A DNA stretch of 61,677 nucleotides, filler included, from Basidiobolus ranarum (taxonomy: Eukaryota), in the NCBI GenBank assembly GCA_040143965.1. It is 23 parts of 23 records of this genome, joined end to end, with 100 filler letters (N's around TTAATTAATTAA, not from the genome) between each part and the next. Parts side by side here need not be neighbours in the genome. Positions count along the whole stretch, not along the records: positions 1 to 2,596 come from JASJQH010010039.1; positions 2,697 to 5,291 come from JASJQH010010040.1; positions 5,392 to 7,983 come from JASJQH010010041.1; positions 8,084 to 10,675 come from JASJQH010010042.1; positions 10,776 to 13,365 come from JASJQH010010043.1; 18 more parts are not named here. One strand, written 5' to 3'. Numbering within the stretch: position 1 is the stretch's first letter; the number at the start of each line of letters is the position of its first letter. The notes under the pieces were generated by a model. It had not been told where the DNA came from. It ran no database searches and worked only from the letters and a program-made list of their open reading frames with translations. Made by a program: the position numbers and the translations under genes. Shown here one piece after another: positions 1 to 11,163 of this stretch.

Positions 1-1500
1 TTTGGTGATTGCCAATTCTGTGCAAACAGTACATGACTTCAGGTTTTTCAGATCATTGGTTATAGCCAAACAACCATTTGGACATGAAGGTAGTTTAATT
101 ACTGAAGGATTATAAGTTGTACAACTGACAAGTGTTTTCCACTTGTACCAGGTCTGTGGCAAACAACAGTTGCCAATTAACTGTGGTAAAAGTGTAAGAA
201 AACCAATAAACACATGGTTGCTAAGATTGGATTGAACTCTCCACTCCTCAATAATTAAAGCTGCTTCATTTAGAGTAAGTGTTGTGAGTGGACTAATGTT
301 TGCCAATAACAAAGAGTCCATAACAAAACAATTGTGTTCTTCTCCAACTTCTGATAAAATACCATTGGTACTGGAATAACCCAGATCGACATCTAGCAGC
401 TAGTCATCAAAGTTGTCTGGACTTACTGGTTTGACCAAAGTTGCATTTTGACCTACATCATTCTGGTTATATAACTGTGGTAACTCCAAGGTATGTAAAC
501 TTTTGGCAGTGTTGCCTAAGCTTTGAGGTAAACTACAGTCAGTGGACTCAATGGGCAAAACTGAAGTTAATTTAGTGCACTCTTTACAGTTGTTATACAC
601 CAGGCTTTGTGCAGCTTGCAGCTTTGTACAATGACTATGCTTGTGATTATTTTTTCTATGAAGCCTCTGTCTTTCATAGCACAAGAATTTTTGACAATAA
701 TAGCAAGGCTTGTTAAAACATTTATGTTGTGGCATGAGAAGGATTTTGTAGAAAAAGAACACCTCCTACATAAGGGTGGTATTTTGGGTATAGCCCATCA
801 ATATCTTCAGCTGATTCTGAAATGGTGCCACAGATGAGTCATCAGGGGATTTACAAGATACTTCTGGTAATGGATGGCAATTTTGGTTTTTTATAAGCTG
901 TTTCTAAGCAATTTAACTATACCAAGTTTACCATTTGAAAATTTTAATACCATCAAAAAACATTCAAACCTAAATCAAAATTGTCTTACAAGTCAAAGCC
1001 TGCTGGCACAAAAGGAAAAAAACCAGCATGAACGGAGGACTTAATTGATCAGCAGTCTAGCAATCCACTATCCACTTTGGAAGCCATTAACATGCCAGAA
1101 ACTACCTCAAGTAATGAAGAAGCATATATCAATTTACCAGATGTGTTCCTTTCCAGCAAAAGTGCAAGTGAAGAGCTTGCAGTCCCCCAATTACGTAGTA
1201 AATCATTAGTTAAGCAAAGTACAATCAAAACACCATCAAGACCATCAACTTCCAAAATGGCTACTTTGCCCACTATTGAGCAACCCTTTGTACAAAATTT
1301 GGATAGAATTATTACAAGAAAGGAATCACCGGCAGAACACTGTAATGATTTGTATTCAATCATAAGTAACAACTAGAAAGTTGCTATACAGGCCATGACA
1401 AGCCATAATGCTGCAATATTGCAATTAACGCAGCATTTGGAAGCAACTAGTCAACAGTTAGAGAGTCACTCAATAATGATTCAAGTTGCATCATGTCCTG
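1..1500 (-). mobile_element. Decayed CACTA/EnSpm-type DNA transposon fragment (5' part of transposase on minus strand, divergent second ORF remnant on plus)
   Basis: 1-470 is a reverse-complement match to ~35890-36365, including the CPNGCLA motif. 1330-1490 is a reverse-complement match to ~35685-35840. Confidence 0.7.
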
Positions 1501-1539
1501 GGAGCTTGCTTGAGTACATATAGCAACTTTTGCAGTTTA

Positions 1540-2440
1540 CAGACCTTATAGGGGCATTTAGATCAACAAATCTCTTCTAGATTTACACTCCAAAAGGCTA
1601 TTTTTATATCCATTGGATGTAAATCAAGGCTATGGATGGCTGAGAGTGCCAGGATTGATCTAATGGAGCTAAACTTAGCTACTGCAGGAAAAGTTCCAGC
1701 CAAATTAACTCCTGGAGTCAGGGAATAACCTTGTGCAAGTAATCTTGCTTTGTACCTCTATATGGTTCCATCAGCTTAGTTTTTGACTTTGTACACCCAT
1801 TTGCAACTTCTTGACTTTCTCCTGGATGGTAGATGACTTCAAACCCATGCTCTCTTTTCCTAAAGTGAACCAGACTTATCAGAGATTATTTTTCCCATAT
1901 TTTTATTCAGGTGACTCCAGAGCTTGATCTATAGTCAGTGGCTGGTGACAAAATGCCACATAAGCATATACATCTTCATTGGAAGTGTTTCACCAGTTCC
2001 CTGGCTTATTTCTCCTTCTGGATGATCTTCTGTGTCCTGATTCTTCCTCTCATGTAATTGGGACCAGAATTCTATTTGAATAGGGCTCAGATTCTGCTGG
2101 AATATCATCACACACTCCCAGAATATTGTTGATTGTGTTCTAAAGGTCAAGAATTTTGATTTTGAGTGAAAAAATTGCTTTTTCATCAAAAATCACATCT
2201 CTGCACTTAATTAACTTCTGATTTTCCATATCAAAAAGTCTGTAGGCATTAGATCCTGCACAGTTTCCAAGAAATATGTATTTGCTGATCTTTGGTTCCA
2301 ACTTAAAGTGTTTTTGGGCTGGAATTAGGCAATATGCTGCAATGCCAAAGATCCTGAGATGATCCACACTTAGTTTTGATCCATATAGGGCTTCAAATGG
2401 AGTAGAATTTTGTAGCAATGGTGTTGGGCAACTTTTTTAA
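1540..2440 (-). mobile_element. Ty1/copia pol remnant (integrase C-terminus to RT start)
   Basis: TPFEALYGSK..HLRIFG..AYCLIP, YIFLG, AYRLFD, CRDVIFDE, then WVYKVK and KARL.AQGYS remnants with stops and frameshifts. Confidence 0.85.
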
Positions 2441-2451
2441 TACAGACTGCA

Positions 2452-2596
2452 TGATAAAGTGTTTTGGGGGATTTGGAAGTGTTTTGGACAAGATTTGGAT
2501 TTGTGAATTAGACACTTAAGTTTTATTGAATTGAAAATGTCCTATTTATAGTTTACTATGAAATAGGACTATTGGATGTGCTTAAATCATAACAAA
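2452..2596 (-). repeat. Copia LTR family A, partial
   Basis: Near-identical to 2874-3015 and 56171-56322. Confidence 0.85.
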
Positions 2597-2696
2597 NNNN
2601 NNNNNNNNNNNNNNNNNNNNNNNNNNNNNNNNNNNNNNNNTTAATTAATTAANNNNNNNNNNNNNNNNNNNNNNNNNNNNNNNNNNNNNNNNNNNN
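2597..2696. other. Artificial contig spacer (first of 22)
   Basis: 44 N + TTAATTAATTAA (stops in all six frames) + 44 N. Identical spacers start at 2597, 5292, 7984, 10676, 13366, 16056, 18745, 21434, 24122, 26810, 29498, 32184, 34870, 37555, 40239, 42921, 45603, 48284, 50964, 53644, 56323 and 59001. Intervening contigs never increase in length (2596 to 2577 bp). Confidence 0.98.
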
Positions 2697-2842
2697 TTTG
2701 GTTCAATTTCTTCTCCTGTAACAAATCCCCAAAGGTCCTTGTCTTCTAGCACCATTTGCATCTAGAACTTCCAAAGGTAAAGGTCTTCAGCATCAAACTT
2801 CTGAGTAGATGCAAAAGTGCTGGTAATAGTACTGGTAGACAT
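2697..2842 (-). mobile_element. Ty1/copia gag N-terminus (family A)
   Basis: MSTSTITSTF...KFDAEDLYLWKF*MQMVLEDKDLWGFVTGEE begins about 20 nt after the PBS. Confidence 0.85.
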
Positions 2843-2860
2843 TCCTTGAACAGCTAGCTT

Positions 2861-2873
2861 GGTGCTCATAACC
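2861..2873 (-). promoter_or_regulatory. Primer-binding site GGTTATGAGC (tRNA-iMet half-molecule type)
   Basis: Directly follows the LTR end ...TTTTATCA on the minus strand and is complementary to the tRNA-iMet anticodon arm (GCUCAUAACC). Confidence 0.8.
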
Positions 2874-3224
2874 TGATAAAAGTGTTTAAGGGGTTTGGAA
2901 GTGTCTGGACAAGATTTGGATTTGTGAATTAGACACTTAAGTTTTATTGAATTGAGTATGTCCAATTTATAGTTTACTATGAAATAGGACTATTGGATGT
3001 GCTTGGATCATGACAAATATGCCTTTTAAGCATGGGTGAAAATTTGAGGTGATTTGGAGAAGTTTTGAGAAAATAGTGAAAATTGGTAAAAGTGATCTGA
3101 TTGATAGAAATATCAATTAGAGCAATAAACACATGTATTTGAATGACAGAATTGAGTGCTAAATAATCAGAATATGAATTAACTAACTACTAACTGATGA
3201 GTTGCTATTTATCTAATTTCAACA
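2874..3224 (-). repeat. Copia LTR family A, complete 5' LTR (351 bp)
   Basis: TGTTGAAATTAG...TTTTATCA termini, followed by PBS and gag. Other copies at 46111-46459 and 55712-56063. Confidence 0.9.
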
Positions 3225-3599
3225 AGATCAGACTACTTACACTAGCCTGTAGACTTCTCAATATCTAGTTCACTATGAGCTAGGACTGTTGAACATGCTT
3301 AGATCATAGCAAACATATCTGGAAAGCATGGGTGAAAATTTGAGCGGATTTGGAGCAGATTTCAGAATACAATAAAAATTGGTAAAGTCATCTATTGATA
3401 TATCAATCAACTTGAGCAATAAACATATGTTTTTAAATGAAAGAATTGAATGCTACATAATAAGAATATAAATTAATTGGCATTTTTAAATGGTTTAATT
3501 TATTACTAAATAATTAGAACATGAATAACCTAATTATTAAATAATAAGTTGCTATTTACCTTATTTTGACATTTAAAGATGCTTTCATTTTAGCAACAA

Positions 3600-4957
3600 T
3601 TGATCGACAAGCTTGTAAACTGACAAAAAGCTGATCATCAAGCTATTTCAGATGATTGATATGGGCGAATTAAGATATTTCCTTGCAGTCCAAAGCAACA
3701 GAGTTAACCACAATCAGAGAATCATGTTGAATTAGTCTAGACACATCCTTGACATCCCAAAACACTTCAGCAACAAGCATATCAAAGTTGTAATGGCATC
3801 AATGGATCCAAATGAGAAGTAAATCAAAAATATTTCTATTATGGCCCTAAAATACTTTAATTAAAACCGGGAGTTCCCTTATCAGTCCATGGTGGATAGT
3901 TTACTGTACTCCATGAATGGTTCACATCCTGATATTGCTGTTGCATTGGGGACTGTCAGCAAATATCTCAGAATGCAGAATCTGAGCACAATTCTGAAGT
4001 AAAACAAATATTCAGTTACTTGTGAGGAGTTGTAGCTCTAGTGCTGGGATTCTCTTGCATTAATTATGCACAAAATTTTGCTGGCTACAGTGATGCAGAT
4101 TGAGGAAGAAAACTTGATAATAGCAGGTCAACAACTGGGTTCACTTTTCTCAATGGTATTGGAGCCAGAACTTGGAATAGTAAGAAGCAACCAACCAATG
4201 CAACTTCCACTAAAGAAGCAGAGTGTTTGGCTGCCTTAGCTACTACACATAAAGCAGTGTGGTTAGGAAGGTTATTTCTAGATTAGGATGCATGCAGTAT
4301 TGTAATATTACTATATTTAATTATGATCAATGTACTATTTCATTGGCTAAAAACCTTCATGTAGGCATCATTTGTTAGGGTAGCCATAAAGATTGATAAA
4401 ATTGAACTTGTCCAATGTCTCACTGAAGCAATAATTGAAGACATCTTTAATGAAACCTGTAGCTAAAAGGCAATTTGAGTTATCAAACTTTAAGTTAGGT
4501 TTAAAGAAATACAAAACAATTAGTTGAGTTGGAATGTTGAACTAGTTGATCTCAATTTGATCTAAAAAATAAGAAAAGTGCATATCTGGGTCACTGTACT
4601 CAAACTTGTTAATAAAATGTAAATAGTAACTCATTACTTGGTAATTAGTTTGCTCATATTCTGATTATTTAGCACTCATTTCTGACATTAAAAAACGTGG
4701 GTTCATTGCTATTATGAGCCAAAATAGAAATTTGATCACTTTAACTAACTTTCACTTTTTTCTGAAAACTTATGCAGAGCACCTCAAATTTACAACCATG
4801 CTTTATAGGCACATTTGCTATGATCTAAGCTTGTCCAATAGTCATATTTCAAAGTAAACTTCAAATAGGACTTATTCAATTCAATTGACCCTGAGTCTTT
4901 AATTCACAAATTTAAATCTTATCAAAGTGCTTCAAAATTCACTAAGCACTTTTGTTA
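3600..4957 (+). mobile_element. Decayed copia RT/RNase H with polypurine tract and diverged family-A-like 3' LTR (from 4535)
   Basis: PYQSMV.SLLY, GYSDAD, RSTTG, WNSKKQP, EAE remnants, then GAGTTGGAA|TGTTGAA. Confidence 0.8.
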
Positions 4958-4960
4958 GAT

Positions 4961-5235
4961 CTACAGACTGTGTTCTGTAATAGAATGTTGCATAAGCATA
5001 GACTTCATCCTTGAAAGTGTTCTACCAACTCCCTGGCTTATTGCCCCTTGCATATGATCTTCTAGGTTATGTCTCCTCCATTGATGTACTTGGGTATAGA
5101 ACTTGGATTCAAGAGGGTTCAGATGTAGGTTAAATGTTGTCAGATACTTTCTGAATAGTGCTGCTTGTGCCTCCTGCACCAAGAACGGTGATTTGAGGGG
5201 AAAGAAGGCGTCTTCATCAAAAAACACCTCTCTGC
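4961..5235 (-). mobile_element. Copia pol fragment (post-integrase linker)
   Basis: Similar to 1935-2200 (EV.FDE motif and linker region). Confidence 0.65.
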
Positions 5236-5391
5236 CCGGAATTGACTCCGGATATTTGTATCAACAGCCTATAGGCTTGAATTCCATCACTNNNNNNNNN
5301 NNNNNNNNNNNNNNNNNNNNNNNNNNNNNNNNNNNTTAATTAATTAANNNNNNNNNNNNNNNNNNNNNNNNNNNNNNNNNNNNNNNNNNNN

Positions 5392-6432
5392 ACAAATTTT
5401 TGGTAGGCAGTATGATTTATATCATGGTTGGAACATGGCCAGATATTGCATATTCTGCAGAAGTTATGTGCCAGTATCTTTGAAACCATGGATCAGCTCA
5501 CATCATTGCAGTTAAGCAGATTTTTGGATATTTGAAAGATACTGTGGATCTGTGCTTAAAATACATATATTCTAGATCAAACTCTGATCTGATGCAATAT
5601 TGAGATGCAAATTGGGGAAGTGATACTGAAAACAGGAGATCTACAACAGGATACTTATTTCTCTACTGTTGTGTAGCTATGTCTTGGAATTCAAAGAAGC
5701 AACCTACTGTAGTACTTTCAACAGCAGAAGCAGAATACATGGCTGCCTGTGAAGCAACAAAAGAAGCAATATGGTTAAGAAAACTCTTCACAGATTTAGG
5801 TTATTCACAAAATTCACCAATTACAATATTGCAAGATAATCAAAGTTGTATCAAATTAGCCAAAAGTCCCATGTTTATAATAGAAGCAAACATATAGATA
5901 TTAGACATCACTTCATTAGAGAGACTTTAGTGAGTAAGTTTATTGACTTAACTTATTGCTCTACAGAAGACATGATTGCTGATATATTAACCAAACCATT
6001 TGTTGAAATTCACATTACCTAAACACCTATATAGTCATATATAGCTTAGTACTTAGTTATCTTATAATTCACCATGATATTATCCATTATTCTCAATTGG
6101 AATTTAATTAGAATATTTTTATCTACTTAGAAGTTCTCAGATATATAGATTTTTCAAACTTGTGCAAAAAGCTCCAAACTTAGCACACATGCTCCTGGGA
6201 CCTTTTTTAACACATTCATCATGTTAGTTTGTTTTCATCTTGATAAAACTATAAATGTCAACTTTCTACTCAATAAATCATTAAGTGAAGAACCACCAAT
6301 TTCTCTAATTCTCCAGACCACTTCCGGCAGGCTCTGGCTCCCAAATACTTCAACACCATTAGCTAGACAGAAAATTTATAAATTTAGACCTTCCTTAGGA
6401 ATTGTTTATATGACTAATCAGTTGAGTGAGAG
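5392..6432 (+). mobile_element. Copia RT end and RNase H remnant with polypurine tract (family B), interrupted by a solo LTR
   Basis: SWNSKKQPTVVLSTAEAEYMAACEATKEAIWLR, DNQSCI, KHIDIRHHF, ADILTKP; GAGTGAGAG precedes the LTR. Confidence 0.9.
6001..6355 (+). repeat. Solo LTR, family B, with 5-bp target-site duplication CCATT
   Basis: TGTTGAAATT...CTTCAACA, flanked by CCATT at 5996-6000 and 6356-6360. Confidence 0.9.
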
Positions 6433-6780
6433 TGTTGAAATTAGCATTGCCTAAACATCTATATATTCATATATAGCATAGTACTTAGTTCTCTTATATT
6501 CCACTAAGATATTATCCATTATTGTCAATTGGAACCTACTCAGAATACTTTTACCAACTTAGAAGTTGTCAGATATATAGATTTTTCAAACTTGTGCTAG
6601 AAGCTCCAAACTTTGCATACATGTTCCTGGGACCTTGCTGAACACATTCTACATGTTAGTTTGCTTACATCTTGACAAAACTATAAATGTCAACTCTCTA
6701 CTCAATAAATCAATAAGTTATTACCACCAATTTATCTAATTCTTCAAACCACTTCCAACAGGCTCCTAAATACTTGGACA
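6433..6780 (+). repeat. Copia 3' LTR, family B
   Basis: Starts TGTTGAAATTAGCATTGCC right after the polypurine tract and aligns along its length with 6001-6355. Confidence 0.88.
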
Positions 6781-6789
6781 GATCCAATT

Positions 6790-7848
6790 GAATCAAATTG
6801 ATCTTATTTTGTTAGGGAATTATTTGTAAGTCAAGTGTCACTTTGCCCATTCCATATGCAACCCATTTGTTTCTTCCAGCTACGGTAATGTTCAAAGGTT
6901 CTATTTCCTTATAGTCCTGCATTATATTTCTATTGTGACACATATCATCACTTGCACCAGAATCCAGAATCTCTACATAAGCTGAGTCATTTCTTGATTT
7001 AGAGGTTGCCATAGGTACATAGTGTGTATTTCCTCTTTTAGTTGTGTTATATACTTCCTTTTTCTTTGAAACCCATTTCTTCTTTGATCTGCAATAATGT
7101 GCTATATGTCCTAGTTTTCCACATTTGTGATAATTTATAGTGCTCCTTACTGATTGGCTATTTTGAGAATAAAATGCCTGCATAGTTTCTGTTTCACCAG
7201 CAATCTGACTTTTGTCTTTCCTTTCATATTCTTCTTGACAAAAGCTCAGATAATGCTGTGTAAGTTTATCCCCAATTGCTTCCAAAGTGAGTACTAAGGC
7301 CAAATATGATTCTGGGAGACTATAAATTATGGTAAGAATTATATCCATTTTGAGTACTTCATAATTCACTAATTCCAGTTATTGGGCAAGTTTCTTTACA
7401 CCATTCAAATATGTCATAATATCTGAATCCTCAGACATACCAGAGTTTAAGCATTTTCTTTGTTGCATCATCAAGTGAGCAAACCCTTTTTCCTCATGAT
7501 GTTCTACTAGGATTTCCCTTGCATTCTTGGCAGATTCAGCATCTCTAACTAGCATAAGTTGTTGTGATCCCAATCTTAGACATATTTTCCTAAATGCCAA
7601 TCTGTCTTTTTCTTGAAGGTTGCCCTGGCTTCTTTATGTATTGGCTTCTTTGTTTCAGTGTCAGAGTCTGTACTTTCTTCTTCATCTAGTTGAACTACCT
7701 TCCAGATATGTTTCCCTTCAAGCACAAGTGGCATCTTGAATTTCCATTCATGGAAATCTTCCCCATTGAATGTTGGAATATTAGCAATCTCCTTTTGGGA
7801 AGAAGACTCTGACTCACTCACTGCTACCATGTTGGAGGATCTTGACAT
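6790..7848 (-). mobile_element. Copia gag-protease remnant
   Basis: FNGEDFHEWKFKM.LVLEGK.IW, SLPESY, zinc knuckle CGKLGHIAHYC, protease ILDSGASD.M; frameshifted into three ORFs. Confidence 0.9.
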
Positions 7849-7863
7849 AGTTGGGATAGACTT

Positions 7864-7983
7864 TGTTGAAGTTTATTGTCTTTATCACATTTGTTATCTC
7901 TATCTTTATACACCTAACTATTTCATATATCACATATAAGTTAGTTAACATTACTTAGTCAAATATCACTTGGCTGAAAATTG
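7864..7983 (+). repeat. Copia LTR family C, partial
   Basis: TGTTGAAGTTTATTGTC start; matches 24087-24121 and the reverse complement of ~38385-38505. Confidence 0.8.
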
Positions 7984-8083
7984 NNNNNNNNNNNNNNNNN
8001 NNNNNNNNNNNNNNNNNNNNNNNNNNNTTAATTAATTAANNNNNNNNNNNNNNNNNNNNNNNNNNNNNNNNNNNNNNNNNNNN

Positions 8084-8279
8084 TTTTCCTAGTTTTCTCT
8101 ATACCTTTGCCTTTCTCGATCTGAGAGTGCTCTTGGAACGATCTATTCAGAGGTAGGTGGCTGGTACTAGTACTTGGCTGGTAGTAAGCTTCATTCGGGG
8201 ACTGTAAGTGGGGTGATTTTAGGTCAGAATCCTCGACTGAATTGTTTTTATAATGAACGGAGGCAGGTATTTGTTCCAT
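8084..8279 (-). CDS. Possible N-terminus of an unknown host protein (runs off contig)
   Basis: Open ORF with normal CpG content and a TATATATA about 55 bp upstream; no recognisable domain. Confidence 0.35.
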
Positions 8280-8960
8280 AGTGGATTGAGATGCGTTCGT
8301 GAGTGAGCATAATTGTTACCGGGCTGGCCTATATATAAAGTACGTTCGATACTTGATTGAAGATTGTCTTAGCCTTCCAAACCAAATAATGATTGACTAT
8401 TGGTTATGTTTCGCAGCCCAGCAACTTGCAAGTACGTTGTATCCTCATTTCGCCCTTCACTTATCGACCACTTCAAAATTGACTTGGGCTTGTCCATCGA
8501 CACTGCTTGGCTTAGATGGTCGTTCCCAAGTATATCGAAGGCTGAGGCGATTGTATTCAGCCTCGTGGAAACGTCAAAACATGCGAAATCAATCGAAATT
8601 GAGGGGTTGGTTGTCCAGAATTTCAGATGGAACAATCCATCGAAGATAAATAAAGGGCTGTCTAAGATGATGCAGTCGCAGATCATTAACTACTCTAAGT
8701 ATACATTTGTCATAAATCCTGCCTCTAAGTCACGGTTAGATTTTGGCTTCAGGGTAGTGCAGGAATTGGATATTTAATTATAGATGGGATTTTCGAAAAT
8801 TACAAGAGTATTGTATTGATTAGTATACAAAGTGGAGATTTGTGAACATAAAAGTAAACAGTTGCTTGCTAAGGGTTAGGTATTCATACTCCTCAAAGAA
8901 CCTTGGTAGCAGTGCTAACTAACTCCGAAGGCCTCAAGGATAAATTGAAATGCCAATCTA

Positions 8961-10086
8961 TTAGTAACCGCTACCAAATGTGCGTCGTACCGATTCTTTC
9001 TGAGAATTAGTAAGGGCTGCTGGGAATTTCACGTTGATCCGAACAATAAGATCTCCTTTACGTCCCGGTTGCTTAGATATAGGCATACCTTCACCAGGGA
9101 TTCTTATCTCCTGGCCTGGAGAGGTTACGGGTGTTCGATTGCTGATTGTCAATGTACGACCATCTAAACTTTGAACACTTTTGGTGAACCCAGTGAGGGC
9201 ATCAATAATATTGATATCCAAACTAATGACAAGGTGCTCACTTTCACGCTTAAACGTTGGGTGTGGTTTCTCTTCAATAATGAATTCTATATCTTGAGCG
9301 CCACCCGTAGGCAATTCATCCCCTTCGTTGGAGAAGCGAATTTTGGTACCTGCCTTCCAACCTGGTTTTATATTGACGGATAAGATCTTCTCTGTGGGAG
9401 TATACATTCCAGATGCGGCATCGTATAAGCGTTTGGTAACTTTAAGTCTTTTGGTGGTTCCTTTATAAAGGTCTTCCAACGAAACGGGTAGTTGACGTTG
9501 AATGACTGGCTTTGTGGCTGAGCGCTGAAAACCAGATCTACTGTTGGACCCACCAAATCCTCTGAAGCCAGCATCATTATCAACGTCCATGAAGTTACCA
9601 CCCATACCGTTCATCCCGAAAAACTGCTTAAAAATGTCTTCAGCATTACTTGGAGTAAACGGTCTAAATCCTCCAGAGCCACCTTGGCTACCAAAGGAAA
9701 AGCTGGCTCCACCAGGCATATTACCAAAAGAACCAGGGAAGCCACCAGGAAAGCCGCCGCTTGAGCCATTGGCACCGCCACCACCACCGAAGCTTCCCTT
9801 AAGCCCTTCTTCACCATATTGATCATATACAGCACGCTTATTTTTATCGCTTAAAACTTCGTAAGCTTCAGCCAGTTCTTTGAATTTTTTATCAGCCAAT
9901 TCTTTTTGGTCAGGATTTCTATCAGGATGCCATTTCAACGCTGAAGTTTAAATAAACAATTGGTCTATGAGTCCTTTAAATCAATAATATATGAAGGGCA
10001 ATAATTCATATCCGATAACTACCTTGTTTACGGTAGGCCTTTTTGATGGTATCCTCGTCGTCGTTTTTGGAAACACCCAAAATTCC
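8961..10086 (-). CDS. SIS1: Class II DnaJ/Hsp40 chaperone (Sis1/DNAJB type); exons ~10086-10023 and 9940-8961; start codon missing
   Basis: [18 protein letters not shown]^[10 protein letters not shown]-domain, G/F-rich linker, C-terminal [11 protein letters not shown] and [17 protein letters not shown] intron at 10022-9941 (82 nt) restores the frame. Confidence 0.93.
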
Positions 10087-10088
10087 AT

Positions 10089-10675
10089 TGGGTGGAAGGC
10101 CACTGACTTGATTTGCTTAATAATCTTAAAAGGACCTAGTCTTTTATGATCAAGTTTATCACAAGGTCTAGTGGTTTTGGTATTTTTCCAGAGTAGCTAA
10201 ACATACTCTCCTGGTTTGAGATCTGGGCTTGGCTTTCTTTTCTTATCAGTATAGTTCTTGTATTGGGATTGAGCATGCTCCAACTCAGATATTAATTGTT
10301 TATGGATGTCCTCAAGGAAAGTGGCATAGTCTGATGCAGCAGGGCAAGGTAGATTGGATGGTGGGTGAATTGTGAAATAAGGATGGAATCCATAAGTTGC
10401 AAAGCAAGGAGTTTGCTTTGTTGAGGTATGATAAGAGTTGTTGTAAGCAATTTCAGCAAGAGGCAAGAGCTGTGTCCAATTGTCTTGATTATAGTTGATA
10501 GTGCATTGCAAATATTGTTCCAAAACTTGATTGACTCTTTCTTTTTGGCCATCAGATTGGGGATGGAAGGCAGTGGAGAGATTGGCGAAGATACCAAAGG
10601 TATGGAGGAGACCTTTTCAGAACTTGGAAGCAAACTGAGGTCCTTGGTCAGAGATGATAGCTTCAGGGAGTCCAT
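10089..10675 (-). mobile_element. Ty3/gypsy integrase remnant
   Basis: STAFHPQSDGQ, LEQYLQCTINYNQDNWTQLLPLAEIAYNN, LGPFKI (GPF motif). Confidence 0.9.
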
Positions 10676-10775
10676 NNNNNNNNNNNNNNNNNNNNNNNNN
10701 NNNNNNNNNNNNNNNNNNNTTAATTAATTAANNNNNNNNNNNNNNNNNNNNNNNNNNNNNNNNNNNNNNNNNNNN

Positions 10776-11163
10776 ATTCCATGAAACCTGACCAATCATG
10801 TCATCCCACACATAGTGTATTTCCGCCAAGACCTTCCATGGAAGGTCACCTGATCATCCTTACATCATCCTTGCATCATCCCTCTTTGTATTGGTCCTTG
10901 TAGTCCCTAACACCCCAACTCTCAAACTTGCCACAGTATATTCCCTATTAAGTATATTATGTTTCACCTTGCAATATCTATATAAGCACCATGTATTCCT
11001 TGATCAGACCTCAGTCTGATCAACGCCAGCTATCAATAAAGATTCTTGCAAAGTATCTTCCTTGTCCAGTCTTGTCTTGTCTTGTGGTCTACACCCAAGT
11101 ACTCTCCTGCCTTCTAGCCTTTTGTTGTTGTGCCTAGTCCCTGTCCAGTTCCTTATTGTTACA
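10776..11163 (+). repeat. Gypsy LTR family D, 3' part
   Basis: TATA and AATAAA signals, ends ...TTATTGTTACA; reverse-complement matches at 13839-14070 and 37655-37760. Confidence 0.75.

Noticed and set aside
2641-2652. Recurrent TTAATTAATTAA palindrome as a biological motif
   Set aside because: Always centred in fixed N runs; it is a synthetic six-frame stop linker.
8369-8777. Protein-coding gene from overlapping ORFs on both strands
   Set aside because: No recognisable domain and no way to choose a strand from sequence alone.
9171-9835. Overlapping alternative-frame and antisense ORFs inside SIS1
   Set aside because: Shadow ORFs of a well-supported gene.
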